A stretch of DNA of 64,000 nucleotides, from positions 18,228,001 through 18,292,000 of the forward strand of contig NC_043018.1 of assembly GCF_006345805.1 (NCBI RefSeq), written 5' to 3'. Origin of the DNA: Octopus sinensis (lineage: Eukaryota). Below the pieces are notes generated by a model. It was given only the letters and a program-made list of their open reading frames with translations, had not been told where the DNA came from and searched no databases. Shown one piece after another: positions 51,803 to 64,000 of the stretch; position 1 is the stretch's first letter, and each line of letters starts with the position of its first letter. The position numbers were made by a program, and so were the translations under genes.

Positions 51803-52250
51803 TTACTAACTACTACTACTACTACGTCGTTATCATCATCATCATCATCATCATCACTATCAATCTAAACCATTATATATTCCAGTATCGTCACTATGAA
51901 TAGTCAACAACACAACAACAACAACAACGCCGTCAGCAACTATGACAGCCGCTACTCTTTACTGTACTCAACAAGACAACAGTTCTAATCCAGCCATGTC
52001 CATCACCACCTTTTAACATTAACAACTGCACAGCACCACTTCCAAGACCACGTCCTTCACACAACCATCATTTTTTTTCTAAGACCATTACCACTTGGTC
52101 AGTGAAACCACCAATACCATCACCCACACCATCAGTACCGCCATTAAAATTTCCCATTCCCATGTCTGCGGTGTCGATTTCAATGTGGAGCAGAGGCGTA
52201 AAGAAGGACGAAATGTCGCTAAGAATTTTGCCTGGCGGACTAACCATTCT

Positions 52251-52418
52251 GTGGAGGCACATGGCCTAGTGGTTAGAGCAGTGTACTTGCGGTCAAGGGA
52301 TCGCGGGTTCGAATCTAAGACCGGGCGGTGTGTGTGTTCATGTGCGAAAAACCTAAGCTCCACGCCGCTCCGGCAAAAGGTAATGGCAAACCTCTGCTGA
52401 CTCTTTCGCCACAACTTC
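52251..52418 (+). mobile_element. Family-B-type SINE head, 3'-truncated
   Basis: TGGCCTAGTGG and GGTTCGAATC boxes; body like 34027. Confidence 0.8.
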
Positions 52419-52446
52419 AATGATAGTAATAATAATAATAATAATA

Positions 52447-52531
<85 letters not shown>

Positions 52532-52564
52532 TATTATTTTATTATTATTATATTATTATTATTA

Positions 52565-53020
52565 TTATTACTTTTTTTCTTCTTTCAAATTTGCTTCCAT
52601 TTCTTGCGAGTGTCTCCCGACTCCTAGGGCAAAGAAACTCATAGTATACATTGGTAGGCCATTAAACTAAACTCAATAGTTCGTTCATTTTTTTTTAAGT
52701 TTAAATTAAAATACATGGGTAGTAATAGTTCTCACATCGACAATGCTCTTCTCAATACGTGTGATGTACCAGTTAAGACAATCTTTTGCACTTCTTGCAG
52801 GGATGGTAAGCCAGGGATCATTCTCATATAATTTCGGTTCCCTTCTTGATCATTCCTAGTGCTCCTACGATCACTGGTATTGTAACCGCCTGAGATGCCA
52901 CATTTCTCAATTTCAATGAGTAGGTCTTTATATTTTCTGAGCTTGTCAAACTCTTTCGCTGAGGATATCATGATCACAGGGGATGCTCATGTCGATCAAT
53001 AAGCAAACTTATTGTTGTGG
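52565..53020 (-). mobile_element. Dong/R4 LINE 3' end in (TAA)n
   Basis: KDHNNK..CLLIDMSIP..SAKEFDKLRKYKDLLIEIEK..IPGLPSLQEVQKIVLTGTSHVLRRALSM* plus 3' UTR. Confidence 0.9.
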
Positions 53021-53771
53021 TCTTTTATTATTATTATATTATTATTATTATTATTATTATATTATTATTATTATTATATTATATAATCATCATTATTATT
53101 ATTATATTATTATTATTATTATTATTATATTATTATATTATTATTATTATATTAACAAATAAAAAAATCATTTTATAAAAGTATAAATTTTAAAAATGAA
53201 TGCGTCTAATCAAGGATTTTGTAGAGAATCATCAGGGAATGTTACTTCTTGGAACTAACACTTTTTCTTTGATAACAAAACAGTGTTTAAACATGGCGTA
53301 TCAAAAGAAATAAAAATAATTGAGCAACGCCAAGCAATAATGGCTTCTAAAATGGTTTTTCTTTTATATTTTCGTTACGGTTTGGGCCATTAGCATTTGT
53401 GTTTCTCACAGAGGAATTTTTCATCAAAGAAAACAGGGGAAAAAAACTGAGATAATGTGCCATCGCTTAAATTCACCTTGATATTCAATTGAATGTATTT
53501 ACATTTTGTTACACAACACTGAGTTTTGGTCGAAGACTACATTACCAAGTCTGTCATTTTAGCCGTTTTGTATCCAAATAGAAACGGACGTCTAGTAAAG
53601 TCACTCGTCTCGATCCGTTCCTGATAATGCTGGGAGTTTACTTTCTTCCACAAAAGTAGAAAAATAAAAAAAAAAATTAGTTATCTGTAATAATAATAAT
53701 GATAACATTAATAATAATAATAATGATGATGATGATGATGATGATGATGATAATAATAATAATAATAATAA

Positions 53772-53810
<39 letters not shown>

Positions 53811-53813
<3 letters not shown>

Positions 53814-54083
53814 GATAGTGCTCATGGGAACTGCTCATATCCTACGCAAATACTTTCTATGTAATCTCAAGGTTTAAAACAAACATAATTTTCGGTTTAA
53901 AAAAAAAAGGGGGGGGATTATTTATTTTTTTAGACATTCATTAGTACAACACCAAAAACTCCCCCCCCCCCAATATATGGCACACTAGGCATAACAACAA
54001 CATGAACTTCCAACCTGTTGTCTCTTGAGGTCTCTGGGTGAGACTTGGAGCCAACTTGTACAAATATAAAGCAAAAAGTCAAA

Positions 54084-54086
<3 letters not shown>
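53811..54086 (+). mobile_element. Dong/R4 LINE 3' end in (TAA)n
   Basis: KIVLMGTAHILRK followed by a distinct 3' UTR; (AAT)n flanks. Confidence 0.85.
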
Positions 54087-54135
<49 letters not shown>

Positions 54136-54140
<5 letters not shown>

Positions 54141-54445
54141 AGGAAAGAGAAAAGCTTGATAAATATGGAGACCTGGGTATTGAGATCGCTAAGATGTGGC
54201 AGCTACGAGAGTCAAACGTAAAGGTTATCCCTATTGTCATCGGATACCCACTTAATCTGAAAAGAAAAACATCTGAAAACCTTAGAAATACCCTAAAATC
54301 TAGATGTATTGCAAAAGTCGGTATTACTGGAACTCCACGCATATTGTGTAAAATACTGTCTGTCTGAGGTCCTTGTTGTGACTTGACAAACACTACAAAA
54401 CCCCTGATAGACACAATATCTTCAATCAACAATCTCACGACGTCT
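54136..54445 (+). mobile_element. Dong/R4 LINE 3' end in (TAA)n
   Basis: KEREKLDKYGDLGIEIAKMWQLRESNVKVIPIVIG...GTPRILCKILSV*. Confidence 0.88.
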
Positions 54446-54463
54446 ATAATAATAATAATAATA

Positions 54464-54508
<45 letters not shown>

Positions 54509-54537
54509 CGATGATGATGACGGTGATGATGATAATG

Positions 54538-54592
<55 letters not shown>

Positions 54593-54635
54593 TGACGATG
54601 ATGATGACGGTGAGATGATAATGATAATAATAAGA

Positions 54636-54679
<44 letters not shown>

Positions 54680-54717
54680 TGATGATGACGATGACGATGA
54701 TGATGATGATGATGATG

Positions 54718-54749
<32 letters not shown>

Positions 54750-54780
54750 AATAATAATAATAATAATAATAATGACGATG

Positions 54781-55560
54781 ATGATAGAGGCAGAACTGGA
54801 CAGCCTAGTCCAGTTTGCGCTGATTTTCTCCCGTGATATTAAGATGGAGTTTCGACTCTTGAAATGTGCTACTATGGTGGTGATGAGACGGGGGAAGGTT
54901 GCCAGGACAGAAGGCATATGGTTGTCAAGTGGTGAAATGATGAATGCAATTCAACCCCAATCCAGCTATAAATACCTGGGAATACTTGAGGCAGATGGAA
55001 TCAAGCACCACGATATGAAGGAAAAGGCGAGAAGAGAGTACCTGCGGCAAGTGAGAAAAATACTGGCTTCAAAGCTGAACGCCAGAAACATAATTTCGGC
55101 GACAAATTCGCTTGCAGTCGCAGTAGTTCGTTATAGCGCTGGAATCCTGAAGCGGGCAGAGGAGGAACTAAGAGAGATGGAGAGGAAGACAAGAAAGCCC
55201 CAAACAATGCATAAAGCCCATCATCCACGTGAAGACACTGATTGCCTAAACATGAAGAGAGCAATGAAGGAAGAGGCTTGATAAGTGTCGAAGACTGTTT
55301 GCGTATTGAATTCAAGAGCTTAATGAAATACCAGGCCCAAAGTAAGGAAACCATGCTAGTGACAATAAGGAACGAGGGCGTATTTGAAGCAGAGAAAAAA
55401 AGGGAAAACAAGGGAAGAAGTACATAAAAAGACATGAAGCACAACCAGAATAACCAGGTAAGTATTATATGAAAATAACGAGTAGAACGGTACCGAAGGC
55501 TGCAGGTAGAAAACCCGCGACGCATGCAAGACAATAGAAGCTGCTACGAAACCTAAGGTA
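54781..55560 (+). mobile_element. Dong/R4 reverse transcriptase C-terminal fragment, frameshifted
   Basis: DIKMEFRLLKCA..SYKYLGILEADGI..REYLRQVRKILASKLNARN..NSLAVAVVRYSAGIL..HHP..GRGLISVED. Confidence 0.9.
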
Positions 55561-55606
55561 TAGAGAAAATGATAATAATGATAATAATTTCTGTTATAAG
55601 TGGGAT

Positions 55607-55992
55607 GGAAGCTCTCCGTCGGTTACGACGACGAGGATTCCGGTTGATCCGAATCAACGGAACAACCTGCTCGTGAAATTAACGTGTAAGTGGCTGAGCA
55701 CTCCACAGACACGTGTACCCTTAACGTAGTTCTCGGGGATATTCAGCGTGACACCACAGAGAGTGACAAGGCCGGCCCTTTGAAATACAGGTGCAACAGA
55801 AACAGGAAGTAAGAGTGAGAGAAAGTTGTGGTGAAAGAGTACAGCAGGGATCACCACCATCCCCTGCCGGAGCCTCGTGGAGCTTTAGGTGTTTTCGCTC
55901 AATAAACACTCACAACGCCCGGTCTGGGAATCGAAACCGCAATCCTATGACCGCGAGTCCGCTACCCTAACCACTGGGCCATTGCGCCTCCA
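55607..55992 (-). mobile_element. Full-length SINE family B
   Basis: TSD CTGTTATAAGT. Confidence 0.92.
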
Positions 55993-56358
55993 CTGTTATA
56001 AGTAAAAGGCCTGACATTTCGGGAGGAGACTCGTCGATTTCATGACTCCAGGGTTTTATTTGGTACTTAATTTATCGACTTCGAAAAAAATAAAAATAAA
56101 AGGCAAAGTCGAACTCGGTGGAATTTGAACTCAGAACATAAAGAACCAGAGTAAAAAATACTGCTAAGCATTTTCTCCGACTCTTTTACGGTTTTGAGAA
56201 AAACATAGCAAGAAGAATATTTGCGGTGGCAACGTGTCAGTTTTATCGACATTGCTTACCATAAAATTTATTTCAAGAGAAAATGTGTATAGGAAATAGA
56301 GATATTTTACAGACTTTCTAAAAAGAATATCAAAAAATATAAAACGATGCAGAGATGT

Positions 56359-56441
<83 letters not shown>

Positions 56442-56695
56442 TATAACATATACATAATATATTATTTTTATATAAGATGGGGAAGATAACAACTGAGAAA
56501 TCAAAATTCTGTTAATAACAGCTAAAAAGATAACTATAAGATTTTAAGTGTGAATTTTGTGGCTTTTGTGGTGGGGGGACGGAGGTGGGATTTATGTACT
56601 AAATGGATTTTCTGGAAATTTACATTCGAAAAGAAGTGGAAAAAAACATCGGTTTAATAATAATAATAATATTAGTAATAATAATAATAATAATG

Positions 56696-56765
<70 letters not shown>

Positions 56766-56825
56766 TAATGACATCAACAACAACAACAATAACAATAATG
56801 ATAATGATAATAATGATAATAATAA

Positions 56826-56859
<34 letters not shown>

Positions 56860-57469
56860 GTAGTAATAATAATAATAATAATGATAATACAGATGACAAC
56901 CAACTCTACTTTATATCCATTAGCACCATTCCAAGCTGTAAAGCAACATAATAAGAATTGGACAAATAATTTTGATTCCAACACAGTGATCATTGAGCTA
57001 TAATCGAGATGGAATTTTCCTCAATTATCCAACAATAATGTCGAAGTCTTCGAGCTTTTTTCTGTCTTTTACTATTTTATACGCTGTTATTTTGATCTTT
57101 TATTGACTTTTTTCTGTTTTTTTTTAGTATCGAAATTTTTTTTAACGTTTTGAAGTGAAGATAAATGAAAGGTAAATATAATTTAATGTTAAAACTTTAC
57201 ACATAATTATAAAAATTATGGTACAACGAATGAGTGAGTATCCGTGTAGAGAAGGTGAAATAAAACTTTTTCTCAAAATCAAACAGTTAATTGTAAATGC
57301 ACGGTCTTATGGTTTTAATTTCAATTATTCAGGAAGAATTTTTAAAACAATTTTAAAATGGTTATTACTTCTTTGTCAAAGTTCAGTACCTACAACAGCC
57401 ATTTCAGTTTTGTTGCATCAATTGGAAAGAATATCTTGCAAAAATATTGGTTTGGTAATCTCGGCTGAT

Positions 57470-57891
57470 ACTCTTTTCTCTCTTTTACTCTTTTACTTGT
57501 TTCAGTCATTTGACTGCGGCCATGCTTGAGCACCGCCTTTTGTAGAGCAAATCAACCCCGGGACTTATTCTTTGGAAGCCCAGTACTTATTCTATCGGTC
57601 TCTTTTGCCGAACCGCTAAGTGACGGGGACGTAAACACACCAGCATCGGTTGTCAAGCAATGCTAGGGGGACAAACACAGACACAAACACACACACACAC
57701 ATACATATATATATATTACATATATACGACAGGCTTTTTTCAGTTTCCGTCTACCAAATCCACTCACAAAGCATTGGTCGGCCCGGTGCTATAGCGGAAG
57801 ACACTTGCCCAAGATGTCACGCAGTGGGACTGAACCCGGAACCATGTGGTTGGTTAGCAAGCTACTTACCACACAGCCACTCCTGCGCCTA
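57470..57891 (-). mobile_element. Full-length SINE family C
   Basis: Match to 39207-39630. Confidence 0.9.
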
Positions 57892-58983
57892 CCGCTAAAC
57901 GCTTAACGAATAAATTATTTTTGAAGGTGAAGGAGCAAAACCCCAACAGTTTTATCGAACATTCTCGTATTCAAAATCGCATCTGAAAAGTAGTTTTAAA
58001 TTTCTCGATATATAAGCTTCAAGCTCGTTTGTTATTTGAGAAAAATCTATTTCCTTATTCACTGTGTTTATGAGTTCTCATTCCATTAACAAGAATCTTG
58101 TAGATTAAAGACTCTATGGAATACAGATTACAATCAAGCCCTAAATGTGAGAGTATATATCCATATTTCCCAATGAATTTCTTAACTCTTTCTCTATCGG
58201 AGAAAATCGGCTTCTTCCATATTTAAATCGGAATACCGGAATAATTGTTGGTTTTCTTACACACATACGCAATCGCACACACACATTCACATATACATAC
58301 GTGTATATATATATATATATATATATATATCATTATGCATTTATATCAGTTGATTTGGATCCCGTCTTTCTTGGTTGGCTCAGTAACTTTCACCATCTGA
58401 TTGGCTCCTAGACGACACAGAGGGATGTTCTCTACAACGCCAATTTCCTTTAGCACTAAAATTAATGGCCAGTATGCAGTAAATATACACAACAACAGAA
58501 GAATGGATGATTAAAGATCAATTCATGCTACATATGTTTCAACAGCATAGCATTTTATTCGTTTTTCTTGCATTACGTCATACAAAATACGTACCACAAC
58601 ATCGCGTTTCTGACTGCTTTGATATAAAGAAAGAGGGAAAGAGAGTGTGTGTGAGAAAGAGAGAGGGAAGGGAAAGAGAAGGAGAGAAAGAGAGAGAAAG
58701 AAGTGCAGGCATGACTGTATGGTTAAGACGTTCGCTTCGCAAGTGTCTTTTGCTATAATTTTTTCTACTCTAAGAATACGGCCCGAAATTCTGGGAGACG
58801 GGGCCAGTCGATTAGATCGACCCCAGAAGGCAACTGGTACTTAATTTATTGACTCCAAAACGATGAAATGCAAAGCCGACCTCGGCGGAATTTGAAAGTG
58901 AATCTTGTTGGCGGAAACTGTCGAAGCCTTGTCTGCATGTGTCTTCGTGTATTTTCTTTACCTGTGTTTGTCTCTCGCGGTTT

Positions 58984-59064
<81 letters not shown>

Positions 59065-59710
59065 ATGGCGGGAAGGATGGGTGAATGGAGGAACAGATGG
59101 AGGGATGCGAAACGTTGAAACGTGGAGATGTCCATAGGATATATATTACTCAGACATGCTTTCTGCATACATATACAATTACAATAGTGTCAAGAATATA
59201 GTACACAGAACACTCAATATGTCAAAATAATACTTTCTCGTCTATTATTATTCTTTCTTTCTTCAATCTTTCCTGTTCCCGTAGTCTTAATCACTTGGTG
59301 AATTTTGAAAAGTTAAGAATTTCGTTTGGTGGCAAAAGCAATCGCTCACCTTATCGTTTTAATATAATGCCTGTATAAAAATATCACCAATTCTTCTGCA
59401 TATAATCCGTGTTTAATCTAGACATCAGTGTGAATATATCGTTTATAGCAGAATCAATTTGACAATCTTTGCTATGCTGGGGTTTATATGTTATTCTCGC
59501 AGCGGGAAAGTATCACGATGAAATAAATCCATCAGGAATGCGAAGGAAATTTCATGTCTGTGGTTATACAAACGCATGTGTGTATGGTGGTGTGTGCGTG
59601 TGTGTGTGTGTGTGTGTTTACTTATGTCTCTAAATGTTCCTGCATGAATTTGTGTACCTCTATGTGTGTATGTGCGTGTATTGAGCCACCATATATATAA
59701 TATATATATA

Positions 59711-59747
<37 letters not shown>

Positions 59748-59776
59748 TGTATGTATGTATGTATATATATATGATG

Positions 59777-59830
<54 letters not shown>

Positions 59831-60477
59831 ATATTTAAATGTTTATATTTATACGATATTTATGTTATTATTTTATATATATGCATACATGTATTTAATA
59901 TACATAAATACATACAAATATATATAAATACATATATATATATATATGTGTGTGTATGTGTGTTTGTGTACATGCATACCAACACGCGTACATATTTATA
60001 TGTGGACACTTACAAATGTATATTTGTACCGCCAAAATATATACCTATATATATATATAATATTATAATACATATATATATATGTATGTATGTATGTATT
60101 ATGTATGTATGTATGTTATGTATGTATATACATATATATATGTGTGCGTGTATACAGAGAGAGAAAGAGAGAGAAAATGACATAGAGCGAAAGAGAAAGG
60201 AAGAAAAGGAGAGAGATAGTAAATATTTTCCAAATTCTATGATTTTCCTTAGCCTGGTGGTTAAAGCATTGGAAATCAGTGAAAGAATCACAGCAAACGA
60301 AAGAGAGAAAGAAAGAAGTGAAGACAATGCTGGATGGAATAAAAACATCTATTTACAGTTTCTCGTCAACTTGTAAGAATTAATAATGCAAACTATATAC
60401 TGGTCGGATAGTCACATTATAAATATTTTGTGTGTGTTTGAGTTTGAGTGAGTAGTATATATACAATATATATATAC

Positions 60478-60514
<37 letters not shown>

Positions 60515-60531
60515 GATAGATAGATAGATAA

Positions 60532-60562
<31 letters not shown>

Positions 60563-60621
60563 TAGATAGATAGATAGATAGATAAAAAGATAGATAGATA
60601 GATAAATGGATGTTGATAGAT

Positions 60622-61059
<438 letters not shown>

Positions 61060-61429
61060 CAGATCTTTTTGCTTGTTTCAGTCATTACTTTGTGGTCGTG
61101 CTGGAGCACCGCCTTTAAGAGTTTTAGTCGAAGGGATCGGCAAAAGTACTTATTTATTTTTAAACCGGTACCAAAACGCTAACTTATGGGGATGTAAACA
61201 TAACAACACCAGTTGTCAACCGCTAGTTGAGGATAAACACACACACCAATACACACAACGCACGCACAAACACACACACACACACACACACATTAAAACA
61301 TATATACGCACATATAACACATACACACACATAGTATGTATGTATTTATACGACGGGATTCTTTCAGTTTCCGTCTACTAATCTACTTACAAGGCTATAG
61401 TTGGAGGCACATGCCCAAGATTCTATGCA

Positions 61430-61660
61430 GTGGATCTGAAATGAATATGCGATCTCTCGGCTATACATAGCTTGCATTTCTTTGATCCATTTACTTATGA
61501 CGTAGATTTCCCTTACGATGCTCCATTCGATTTTATACGGTGTGAAGTTGGGCTTCAGATCCCATATACGGCTAGCCACCTTTGAGGGTTTGTTTTTGTC
61601 CATGTGTCGGAAAGAAGCTTAGTGCTTTCCGTAACGTCTTTTAAAATTTTGCGTAAACCG
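61430..61660 (-). mobile_element. Penelope-like GIY-YIG endonuclease fragment nested in a degenerate family C SINE
   Basis: With frameshifts: FKRRYGKH*ASFRHMDKNKPSKVASRIWDLKPNFTPYKIEWSIVR..NGSKKCKLCIAER. Confidence 0.85.
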
Positions 61661-61834
61661 ACATGATTTTTCTTTTCGATTACGTTATTTTGCAGCATTG
61701 CTGTGACTGTTGGTTTGGTAGGATTGCCGGTTTAGTAGACGATGCCCCGACCATGCAATGGATTGTAATGTGTTACATGTTAACAGTAGCATTAAGACTA
61801 ACCTGGCATAATACATACATACATGCATAAATAT

Positions 61835-62226
61835 TCTTTTACTTGTTTCAATCAGTTGACTGCGGCCATGCTGGAGCACCGCCTTAAGTCGAGAAAATCG
61901 ACCCCGGAACTTATTCTTTGTAAGCCCAGTACTTATTCTATCGGTATCTTTTGCCGAACTGCTAAGTGGTGGCGACGTAAACAAACCAGCATCGGTTGTC
62001 AATGCAATGCTGGGGGGACAAACACAGACACACAAACATACATATATATATATATATATATATACATATATACGACGGGCTTCTTTCAGTTTCCCTCTAC
62101 TAAATCCACTCACAAGGCTTTGGTCGGCCCGAGGCTATAGTAGAAGACACTTGCCCAAGGTGCCAAGCAGTGGGACTGAACCCGGAACCATGTGGTTGGT
62201 AAGCAAGCTACTTACCATACAGCCAC
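61835..62226 (-). mobile_element. SINE family C, head cut off by the TACA array
   Basis: Match to 39207-39630; ends at CCATACAGCCAC. Confidence 0.9.
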
Positions 62227-63060
62227 ATACATACACACATACATACATACATACATACATACATACATACATACTAACATACATACTAACATACATACAT
62301 ACATACATACATACATACATACTAACATACATACATACATACATACATACATACATACATACATACATACATACATACTAACATACATACATACATACAT
62401 ACATACATACATACATACATACACACATACATACATACATACATACATACATACATACTAACATACATACATACATACATACATGCATGCATACATACAT
62501 ACATACATACATACATGCATACGTACAAACAGACGCACATACATACACACATACATACATACATACATACATACATACATACACACATACATACATACAT
62601 ACATACATACATACACACATACATACATACATACACACATACATACATACATACATACATACATACACACATACACACATACATACATACATACACACAT
62701 ACATACATACATACATACATACATACATACATACATACATACACACATACACACATACATACATACATACACACATACATACATACATACATACATACAT
62801 ACATACATGCATGCATACATACATACATACATACACACATACATACACACATACATACACACATACATACATACATACATACATACATGCATGCATACAT
62901 ACATACATACATACACACATACACACATACATACATACATACACACATACATACATACATACACACATACATACATACATACATACATACATACATACAT
63001 GCATACGTACAAACACACGCACATACATACACACATACATACATACATACATACATACAA

Positions 63061-63094
<34 letters not shown>

Positions 63095-64000
63095 CATACA
63101 TGCATGCATACGTACAAACACACGCACATACATACACACATACATACATACATACATACATACACACATACATACATACATACACACATACATACATACA
63201 TACACACATACATACATACATACATACATACATACTAACATACATACATACATACATACATACATGCATGCATACATACATACATACATACATACATACA
63301 TACACACATACATACACACATACATACATACATACATACTAACATACATACATACACACATACATACACACATACATACATACATACATACATACATACA
63401 TGCATACGTACAAACACACGCACATACATACACACATACATACATACATACATACATACACACATACATACATGCATACATACATACATACACACATACA
63501 TACATACATACATACACACATACATACATACATACATACATACATACATACACACATACACACATACATACATACATACACACATACATACATACATACA
63601 TACATACATACATACATACATACATACACACATACACACATACATACATACATACACACATACATACATACACACATACATACATACATACATACATACA
63701 TACACACATACATAATACATACATACACACATACATACATACACACATATATACATACAACATACATACATACATACATACACACATACATACATACATA
63801 CATACTACATGCATACGTACAAACACACGCACATACATACCCCATTCATACATACATACATACATAATATACATACATACTACATACATACATACATACA
63901 GACATACATAACATACATACATACATAACATACATACATGCATATGTACAAAACACACGCACATACATACACACATACATACATACATACATACATACAT
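62226..64000. repeat. More than 1.7 kb (TACA)n array with recurrent variant blocks, running off the window end
   Basis: Directly visible; variant GCATACGTACAAACACACGCAC recurs. Confidence 0.95.

Noticed and set aside
62378-64000. 540-aa and other long ORFs (also 23711-24676, 59666-60376, 40508-40918)
   Set aside because: Translations of TACA/TA/TG microsatellites, which lack stop codons; not genes.

Overview
Eukaryotic, AT-rich, extremely repeat-dense DNA. The SINE families, Dong/R4 and Penelope remnants and long (TA)n/(TACA)n/(AAT)n tracts point to an octopod cephalopod (Octopus-like) genome; this is inferred, not database-checked. No intact, recognisable protein-coding gene, rRNA, true tRNA or CRISPR array is present, and almost all long ORFs in the track are microsatellite artefacts. 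The window holds about 35 SINE copies from several modular tRNA-derived families. It also holds about 8 5'-truncated Dong/R4 LINE ends, nearly all inside (TAA)n, plus RTE and Penelope fragments, a mariner fragment, MITEs and two non-autonomous Helitron-like elements. Two things stand out. (1) At 9711-11677, a non-coding ~489-bp unit is repeated three times head-to-tail plus once inverted. Each unit carries a type I hammerhead ribozyme fold, making it a retrozyme-like candidate circRNA source; separate minimal hammerheads lie at 12111, 17710 and 28731. (2) At about 36.2-43.0 kb on +, an unrecognised multi-exon gene structure has consensus splice sites, a phase-matched exon chain and many N-glycosylation sequons. 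It is interrupted mostly by TGA/TAG stops and is most likely a pseudogene, but rescue by A-to-I stop-to-Trp editing or assembly error should be tested. All folds and translations were done by eye.
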